Shown in pieces: positions 50,691-59,723 of a stretch of 59,723 bases of DNA (its first letter is position 1; the number at the start of each line of letters is the position of its first letter). The notes under the pieces were generated by a model. The model was given only the letters and a program-made list of their open reading frames with translations. It made no database searches and had not been told where the DNA came from. A program made the position numbers and the translations under genes. The DNA comes from Octopus sinensis. Its lineage: Eukaryota. The stretch lies in NCBI RefSeq assembly GCF_006345805.1, contig NW_021832581.1:1-59723 (forward strand), given 5' to 3'.

Positions 50691-51299
50691 CATATATATA
50701 TGTGTGTGTGTGTGTGTGTGTATGTATGCATGTATCTAAATATACATATATAACATAGAATACAGAGACACAGAAAATGAAAGAGAGAACGTATAGTATT
50801 ATAATCCGACAACTGTTTGTGAGGGGTCAGTCCTGTAATATTTGTTTTGGAAATTACTTGATGACCCAACTTGTACTTTCCTAAAAGTGGTTGGCATAAA
50901 GATCGGCATCCAGTCACAGAAACCATGCTAAGAGAGATAATGGGAACCTGGTGCAGCTCTCTGGCTTACCAGTTCCCATCAAAGCGCCCAACGCATGCCA
51001 GTTGGAAAACAGACGTTAAACGATGATGATTATTATTTATGTATGTAAACATACGGACCTATAGAATGAGGACCGATGCTAAGAATGGCCAATGATCTGG
51101 TGTTCATAATAACAGCAACAACAAAGACAACAGAAGCACAACGGCAGGAACGGCAGTGAGCAGACAGGGGTCAATGGGACCGGAACCTTCAAGTGGCTGG
51201 GGAAACTACAGCAGTTGTAGCAGACTATAGAGAAAGGGAAGAAGAAGAGAGGGAGGAAATGGAAGAAGCGAAGGCATTGAAATAAACACTGGGTCCACA

Positions 51300-51610
51300 T
51301 TGAGGGAAAATAAGTTGAAAAACATCATCAGAAGATCTCACTTCTGTGTGTAAAATCGAAAGTGGTCAACTAGATGACATGTTGTTGTGAAGCCATATAC
51401 GTCGGATCAACGAGGAGACAGATTCACCGCAGAGTGAAAGAGCATTCCTTTCAGTCCAAACAACACAGTGTTTTATTCCCGAACGGTCAACATCGCCAAA
51501 GTGAATGTTCCACCAGGATACTAGAAAGAGTCGTGGATGCCGTCAACCTCCGAATAACAGAGGCGCACTTCATTAGAAGAAAAATGACCAGCTTGAACCA
51601 CTGACCTTAG
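51300..51610 (+). mobile_element. GIY-YIG endonuclease fragment (Penelope-like element); second copy at about 58630-59265
   Basis: CCCEAIYVGSTRRQIHRRVKEH is the C-x-C...Y-V-G-x-T-x-R-x-L-x-x-R-x-x-E-H signature. Confidence 0.7.
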
Positions 51611-52026
51611 CTAATGCCTGGAAACCTATTTACTGCTTTCAGGATTATTAATCGACACTTGTTAACATTAGGGGAATAAAGAAGAATCATGGATTCAAAA
51701 GTGCTCACAGTGAAATGGAATTTAAAACCGAGCAACAAGACTTACTCTGGGTTACATGTCACATACAGGATAACTCCATACTTTGCCATTTCCAATCTTC
51801 TCCTCCCCCCTCTCTCTCTCTCTCTTTGCCTCCATTGCGATCGTTAGCCGAATACATTAACCACTAAGCCACGTAACTTCACTCATCTACAAATGTAAAC
51901 TCTTAAATAACCATCACTTTGGCTTTCTGAATCCAGCGGACAATTCCACAGAACTCACCAATAATTTTTCTAAATCTGATCAATTCTAAACTAGATTGTT
52001 CTTTCAAAAACAGTATTTAAATATAT

Positions 52027-52090
<64 letters not shown>

Positions 52091-52285
52091 ACTTGTTTCA
52101 GTCATTTGACTGCAGCCATACTGGAGCACCGCCTTTAATCGAGCAACTCGACCCCGGGACTTTTTTCTTTTGCAAGCCCAGTACTTATTCTATCGGTCTC
52201 TTTTTGCCGAACCGCTAGGTAACGGGGACATAAACACACCAGCATTGGTTGTCAGGCAATGCTAGGGGGACAAAGATAGACACAA

Positions 52286-52384
<99 letters not shown>

Positions 52385-52659
52385 TATACATATATACGAC
52401 GGGGTTCTTTCAGTTTCCGTCTACCAAGTCCACTCACAAGGCTTTGGTCGGCCCGAGGCTAAAGTAGAAGACACTTATCCAAGGTGCCACGCAGTGGGAC
52501 TGAACCCGGAACCATGTGGTTGGTAAACAAGCTACATACCACACAGCCACTCAAGCGCCTATCAATACGAATATATTAAAAACAGAATTCTTTTATACTT
52601 AAGAGGCTGTTTAAGTCTTACGATGTCAAAATATTATTTGTAAAGATGAAATATTCATT

Positions 52660-53310
52660 CAAATTTTGGCACAAGGCCAGTAGTTTCAATGCGGAGATAA
52701 GTTGATTACATCGACCCCAGTGTTCAACTGGTACTACTTTTATCAGTCTCGAAATGTCAAGCCGAACTTGGCAATATTTGAACTCAGAACAAACATTTCT
52801 TCCGGCCTGCTAAGCTTTCTGTCAGCTGGCCTCCTTATAAAAGTGAAATATTCTTTTCTGCTCTAGGCACAGGGCCAGAAATTTTGGGAGAGGGGGTAGT
52901 CATTTGGATCGACCCCAGTAAGCAACTAGTACTTAATTTATCGACCCCGAAAGGAGGAAAGGCAAAATCGACATCGGCAGAATTTGAACTCAGAATGTAA
53001 AAACAGAGGAAAAACCTATTTCTTTACTACCCACAAAGGGCTAAACACAGAGAGGACAAACAAGGGCAAACATACGGATTAAGTCGATTATATCGACCTC
53101 AGTGCATAACTGGTACTTAATGTATCGACCGCGAAAGGATGAAAGGCAAAGTCGACCTCGGCGGAATTTGAACTCATCGGAACCTAACGGCAAACGAAAT
53201 ACCTATTTCTTTACTACCCACAAGGGGCTAAACACTGAGGGGACAAACAAGGACAGACATACGGATTAAGTCGATTATATCGACTCCAGTGTGTAACTGG
53301 TACTTATTTT
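52660..53310 (-). mobile_element. Cluster of tandem SINE-like fragments (related pieces at about 33250-33530 and 56630-56760)
   Basis: Recurrent tcgaccccagt..actggtact..aaggcaaagtcgacctcggc..aatttgaactca; local direct duplication 53014-53120 / 53201-53306. Confidence 0.6.
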
Positions 53311-53507
53311 GCCTCCTAATAAAGATGAAAACATTAAAATTGTTTTTATAAGAAGAAAATATATTTGAAATGTGCCAATTATATTTGTTTAAAATATATA
53401 AAAATTGTGGTTTGTGTTGTCAGGGTTTTAACTAAAGGTTAAACGATATTTAAAACAAAAACAGAAAATAATTTGTTAATTGAAACAAATAGAAGAATAA
53501 TACGTAC

Positions 53508-53740
53508 CTGTATAAATAATTGGGTTTTCTGTTGGAATCTGAAGAGATTGTCTCGCAAGAATATATTGGATGCTCAGCGTGCTTCGAGAAGTGCGATGAA
53601 ATATACAGAAACCCCGTTCAGTTTACTCTTATTTATAATGAGATTACCAGACTTGTCCACGTTGTATATTGAGATAAGGTGTGAACTTTACACACAGGGC
53701 GTTGTGCATTTAATCACGAGGACAAATGATAAATCTTGAC
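53508..53740 (-). promoter_or_regulatory. Candidate non-coding first exon/promoter region of the gene
   Basis: CAG|GTACGT donor at 53507 at the edge of a unique, locally CpG-richer stretch upstream of the first coding exon. The 5' boundary is a guess. Confidence 0.3.
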
Positions 53741-53960
53741 ATTAGTTATAGCAGTTGTGTATGTGTGTATGTTACATCTATATGTGTGCCCGTATATATT
53801 TATGTATGTGTGTGTTTGTAGGCGTAGCAGGTTCTCACTGCAGGTAAAAAGGAGAAACTACTTGCATATGTGTTATACACACACACACACACACATGTTA
53901 ATTTCATATATTTCATGTATACCATACATATACATATCCTTATACATATATATATATATT

Positions 53961-54012
<52 letters not shown>

Positions 54013-54299
54013 ATGTATGTATATATATATATGTATGTATGTGTGTACGTATGTAAGTATGTATGTATATGTATGCATATATATATGCATAATATATATA
54101 TGTATACGCATACATACATACGTACATACATACATGCATACATACATACACGCATACTACATACATACATACATACATACACACACAATACATACATACA
54201 CTACATACATACATACATACATACAGACAGACATACACACACACATAATGCACTGACGTGTGTGTACTTAAAAGTATTGTTGTTTGAACGCAAGTTTGA

Positions 54300-54880
54300 G
54301 AGACAATGAAATGTAACTGAAAGAGGAACTCAATACTAAGAATGTAGAAAAATTCCTAATAAAATTTGCGTTGACCGAGGTTTGAATATTATTCATCAAG
54401 AGAAATCGAACCAGAAATATGAGGTCCCAGTTGACATGAAATATACAGAACCCATGCAGGTTAGTGTTGGACATTTCCAAACCGCATACTATCAACGGAC
54501 AACATATGGTGGACCTGGAGGGATTTCGGTCCCAGATTCATAATCAGGGCGTGACTTAGGCATTGACATGTCCAATGTTGCACACTTCCATGTGCATATT
54601 ACGAAGCTGGCAATAAAATTCAGGTGGTTGGGTGGATGAATTCTTAGAAGTTTCAGTTCAAAGAAGCAGGAAACTATAATGGTCCTCTGGAGGATATTTG
54701 TTCTTGGCCAGTGTGATTACTGCTTCCATCGATGACCACCACATCGTGTAAAATTAAGAGCTAAACTCGAGGCGATTAAACGAAGCTTCACAATGAAGGT
54801 TGCCTCAGTGCAGCAGATTAGTGACTGGGAACGACTCTACAGGTCGAAACATTACTTCCTGTAACGGAGATGGGAAAGTT
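54300..54880 (+). mobile_element. Degenerate LINE ORF2 3' fragment
   Basis: RDLGIDMS...G*ILRSF...ETIMVLW...DYC pattern of CR1/L2-like ORF2 C-termini. Confidence 0.55.
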
Positions 54881-56567
54881 AGACTGCGGCCATGCTGGTG
54901 CACCACCTTGAAGTATTTTTAGTTGTATGTATCGATCCCAGTACTTGTATATTTTTTAAAAGCCTGGTAATTATGCTGTGTTTCTTTTGCCGAACCGCTA
55001 AGTTACTGGGACCTAAACATGCCAATAATGGTTGTCAAGCGGTGCCGGGTGTCTCTTCACTGACTGCAACCTTTCACTGTAACAGACTCCCTGATTTCAT
55101 TATCAGAAAAAAATAAATCGTATGTACATAGAAACCTGTTTAGTTTCATCCCTAAAACATGATTAATCGTTCCTCCCTTCATTTAAGATTTTCGCATCTG
55201 GAGGTGAACTGGTAGAAGCATTGGTCTGAGGGACACAATGCCCTGCGGCATTTCGTCCGTCTTTACGTTCGGGTTTCAAATGGGTTCCACTTTGCTTTAC
55301 ATCGATTCGGGGTCAAGATAATAAGCACGATTTGAGCCCTGTGATTGATGTAATCGATTTACCACCTTCCTCGATATTGCCGGCCTTGTGACAAAATTTG
55401 AAACCGATATTTTCTAATCAAAATAGTGAAACACTTAAATCATTCCAAACGTTCTCAGACCATTGTCCCCTGTTGTTAGTTTTGAGGTGAGGTACATCTA
55501 CAGCTTCTAGATGTTTCTAAATGACCATGTCGTATTTGCCAAACGTTTGGCCAAGTTCAAAGTTTATTCCTCTTTTGAAACTTTGCTGTTATTTTCTCTG
55601 TAGCTTTGATCTTTTACTTGTTTCAAGCATTTGTGTGTCCATGCTGGGGCACCGCCTTGAAAGATATTAGTGAAAACAAATCGACAGCAGGACTTATATT
55701 TTAAGACCTGTTAAATAATCCATATTCATAGAAAGGAGGAATGCACTGGCGATTAGGTTCTGCTGAGAACCAACAAATACGGTAACTTTTGGCGATCATA
55801 CACACACACACCAGAAATACCAAGATACCAATTTTTCTACTAAACTGGGAACATAACATTTTTAGAAAAAATGTCATCTTCTACATATTCAAAGTCTCTA
55901 CACACCGCATCCCCAAGCATCCTTTTAGGGGTGGATTCTTAGATTTTCATCTAAATTTAAGGTAGATGTAAAAAGCAAGGGATTGGTGTGTCACTGAGTT
56001 GATAGTAGGAACCATCTGTGCAGTCCAGGGATCAATTCACATCCCTCTCCTGTTCACTACACGTCTCTAAGCCACAAGAGAAGGATTTAAAAACTTAACA
56101 AGAATTTCCTATATGGGGATTGTCTAGTTACCTTAGTTGTGTCTGACAAAGAAATTCCATGCTTGATTCGGAGAAAAGGAGTAACAAGGGGTTTCATTGG
56201 ACCACATCAGTGATAAGTAAGAAGAAGGAGTTTATTAACAGCAGGGAGCATAGCTGTGACTGAGAAACAAAGAGGACCTGGTAGTATGTAGCATACTTTT
56301 GCTAATTGTTTCAGATGCCTGTGTAGTCAGGAGCAGACAGTGACAACCCCTCAGAATTCTGTCTTCTGTCTAGCAGAATGTTGAGAATGTAATAGCCGGG
56401 GAGAGAGAGAGAGAGAGAGAGAGGGGAGAGAGAGACAGACAGAGACAGACCGTGAGAGAGTATGAGAGAGAGGTATGAATGAAGACAGTAAAAGGGAGAG
56501 AGGGATAAAGAATGGAAAGAAGGGAGAGAAAGGAAGGAAGAAAGAAAGAAGAAAGAAGAAAAAAGAA

Positions 56568-56614
<47 letters not shown>

Positions 56615-57117
56615 GGAAAGGAAGGAAATCAAATTCTGCCGAGGTCGACTTTGTCTTTCTTCCTTCCAGGGTAGCTAAACAAGTACCAGTTCTGGGGTCA
56701 ATATAATCGGTTAACCCTTCCAAAACCATTACTGGTCTTGTACCACGATTTGAAACCGATATTTCAAGAACAGTTTTTTTTTATCTCCGTTTCAACATTT
56801 GGTGACTTTCATATTTATTTTTCGATTTCAACAATTAGCTTCTTTACTGATTAAGAGAATAATATCAGCAATGATCTACTTGAAAATGCAAAGATCATTT
56901 CAACTAAACAATGAGAAGAAATTTAAAAATAGTTACCAGGTATTAGTGATTAAAAAGTATGTCAAGGGTTTTGTTTGGACGATCGAAATAAAGATATTGT
57001 TGTAAACAGGTTGATTACATTAAGATAATTTAGCGAGTTTAGTCCTGTGATTCCATACACACAGAAGTTTATATCAAAGTAACACAAACACGCACACATA
57101 CACACATATGGGTGCAT

Positions 57118-57163
<46 letters not shown>

Positions 57164-57286
57164 ATGCGTGTGTGTGTGTGTATATGTATATAAAGATAAT
57201 AAGATAGATAAATAGATAGATGTACATATATATATATATATATGTGTGTATATACATACATGAATACATACATGTATTTATATAAA

Positions 57287-57348
<62 letters not shown>

Positions 57349-57685
57349 ACTGCGGCCATGCCGGGGCAACATATTATAGGGTTTGGGTTGGACAAATGGA
57401 GCACAGGACATTTAAAAAAAATCTTACTTATTCCAGCAGGTTGTGCCAAACCGATGGGTTTTGGGGATGTAAACGCACCAGCACCGGTTGTAAATCGTGA
57501 TGCAGGAAAAACAAGTACATAATAACATACGCACGCGTACACACACACACATACACATCTTTTACACACATGCACACACTTACAAATGTACATATTCATA
57601 CATACAGATATGTATTCACATACATACAAATACTTGCATACTGATAAACAAATGTTGATGTATACGCATGTATATATATATATAT

Positions 57686-59688
57686 CGGTCATAGGTTCGC
57701 GGTTTCGATTCCCAGACCGGGCGTCGTGAGTGTTTATTGAGCGAAAACACCTAAAAGGGTGGTGACCCCTGCTGTACTCTTTCACCACAACTTTCTCTCA
57801 CACTTACTTCCTGTTTCTGTTGTACCTGTATTTCAAGGGGGCGGCCTTGTCACTCTCTGTGTCACCCTGAATATCCCCGAGAACTACGTTAAGGGTGCAC
57901 GTGTCTGTGGAGTGCTCAGCCACTTACACGTTAATTTCACGAGCAGGCTGTTCCGTTGATTCGGATCAACCGGAACCCTCATCGTCGTAACCGACGGAGT
58001 GCTTCCATATATATATCTGTGTGTGTGTGCGTGTGTGTGTGTGTGTGTGTATGCATGTATCTAAATATACATATATAACATAGAATACAGAGACACAGAA
58101 AATGAAAGGGAGAACGTATAGTATTATAATCCGACAACTGTTTGTGAGGGGTCAGTCCTGTAATATTTGTTTTGGAAATTACTTGATGACCCAACTTGTA
58201 CTTTCCTAAAAGTGGTTGGCATAAAGATCGGCATCCAGTCACAGAAACCATGCTAAGAGAGATAATGGGAACCTGGTGCAGCTCTCTGGCTTACCAGTTC
58301 CCATCAAAGCGCCCAACGCATGCCAGTTGGAAAACAGACGTTAAACGATGATGATTATTATTTATGTATGTAAACATACGGACCTATAGAATGAGGACCG
58401 ATGCTAAGAATGGCCAATGATCTGGTGTTCATAATAACAGCAACAACAAAGACAACAGAAGCACAACGGCAGGAACGGCAGTGAGCAGACAGGGGTCAAT
58501 GGGACCGGAACCCTGAAGTGGCTGGGGAAACTACAGCAGTTGTAGCAGACTATAGAGAAAGGGAAGAAGAAGAGAGGGAGGAAATGGAAGAAGCGAAGGC
58601 ATTGAAATAAACACTGGGTCCACATTGAGGGAAAATAAGTTGAAAAACATCATCAGAAGATCTCACTTCTGTGTGTAAAATCGAAAGTGGTCAACTAGAT
58701 GACATGTTGTTGTGAAGCCATAAAAAGACTCCGCCGGTTACGACGACGAGGGTCCCAGCTGATACGATCAACGGAACAGCTTGCTCGTGAAATTAACGTG
58801 CAAATGGCTGAGCATTCCACAGACACGTGTACCCTTAACGTAGTTCTCGGGGATAATCAGCGTGACACAGAGAGTGACAAGGCTGACCCTTTGAAATACA
58901 AGTACAACTCATTTTTGCCAGCTGAGTGGACTGGAGCAACGTGAAATAAAGTGTCTTGCTCAAGGACACAACGCGTCGCCGGGAATCGAACTCACAACCT
59001 TACGATCATGAGCCGAATGCCCTAACCACTAAGCCACGCGCCCTCACTGTGAAGCCATATACGTCGGATCAACGAGGAGACAGATCCACCGCAGAGTGAA
59101 AGAGCATTCCTTTCAGTCCAAACAACACAGTGTTTTATTCCCGAACGGTCAACATCGCCAAAGTGAATGTTCCACCAGGATACTAGAAAGAGTCGTGGAT
59201 GCCGTCAACCTCCGAATAACAGAGGCGCACTTCATTAGAAGAAAAATGCCAAGCTTGAACCACTGACCTTAGCTAATGCATGGAAACCTATTTACTGCTT
59301 TCAGGATTATTAATCGACACTTGTTAACATTAGGGAAATAAAGAAGAATCATGGATTCAAAAGTGCTCACAGTGAAATGGAATTTAAAACCGAGCAACAA
59401 GACTTACTCTGGGTTACATGTCACATACAGGATAACTCCATACTTTGCCATTTCCAATCTTCTCCTCCCCCCCTCTCTCTCTCTTTGTCTCCATTGCGAT
59501 CGTTAGCCGAATACATTAACCACTAAGCCACGTAACTTCACTCATCTACAAATGTAAACTTTTAAATAACCATCACTTTGGCTTTCTGAATCCAGCGGAC
59601 AATTCCACAGAACTCACAAATAATTTTTCTAAATCTGTTCAATTCTAAACTAGATTGTTCTTTCAAAAACAGTATTTAAATATACTCT

Positions 59689-59723
<35 letters not shown>
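57686..59723 (+). repeat. Recent segmental duplicate of about 50349-52090 (offset ~7.3 kb), running off the window end
   Basis: Near-identical text (ORFs 51079..51300 and 58404..58625 differ at two residues). Confidence 0.95.
58723..59047 (-). mobile_element. Young full-length tRNA-derived SINE with 12-bp target-site duplication
   Basis: TGTGAAGCCATA at 58711-58722 and 59048-59059; absent from the paralogous empty site at ~51385-51397; A box tggcttagtggttag, B box gagttcgattcc. Confidence 0.92.

Noticed and set aside
53515-53620. NF-kB-like motifs (GGGTTTTCT, GGGGTTTCT) near the candidate first exon
   Set aside because: Imperfect matches to GGGRNNYYCC that are expected by chance, and the promoter itself is unconfirmed.
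58970-59047. tRNA-like sequence (also 50310-50385 and family A heads)
   Set aside because: A/B boxes continue into SINE bodies, one with a TSD; these are SINE heads, not tRNA genes.

Overview
AT-rich, microsatellite- and SINE-dense animal DNA; the repeat landscape looks like a coleoid cephalopod, most likely Octopus (inference). One multi-exon gene runs on the minus strand from a probable ATG at 45819 to a TAA at 3219. I assembled it by hand from GT-AG sites with consistent phases. It encodes ~7-8 ankyrin repeats, one C3HC4 RING (MIB/IAP-type spacing), a linker built from tandemly duplicated phase-1 mini-exons, and a C-terminal death domain (~527 aa if the four intact 78-bp exons are included and exon 26966-27136 is frame-corrected). 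The most striking feature is the linker. A ~2.1-2.5 kb intron+exon unit is repeated about 8 times (about 4600-20900). The most 3' copy encodes the start of the death domain. Four young copies each encode a D-R-C-V-Q-T-E peptide matching the dynein light chain LC8-binding consensus, and three older copies have broken splice sites. One ankyrin exon carries ~5 apparent single-base deletions (assembly error or pseudogenisation). The rest of the window is retroelement and DNA-transposon remnants, a MITE, a fold-back hairpin, long simple repeats and a recent ~1.7 kb segmental duplication with a new SINE insertion in one copy.
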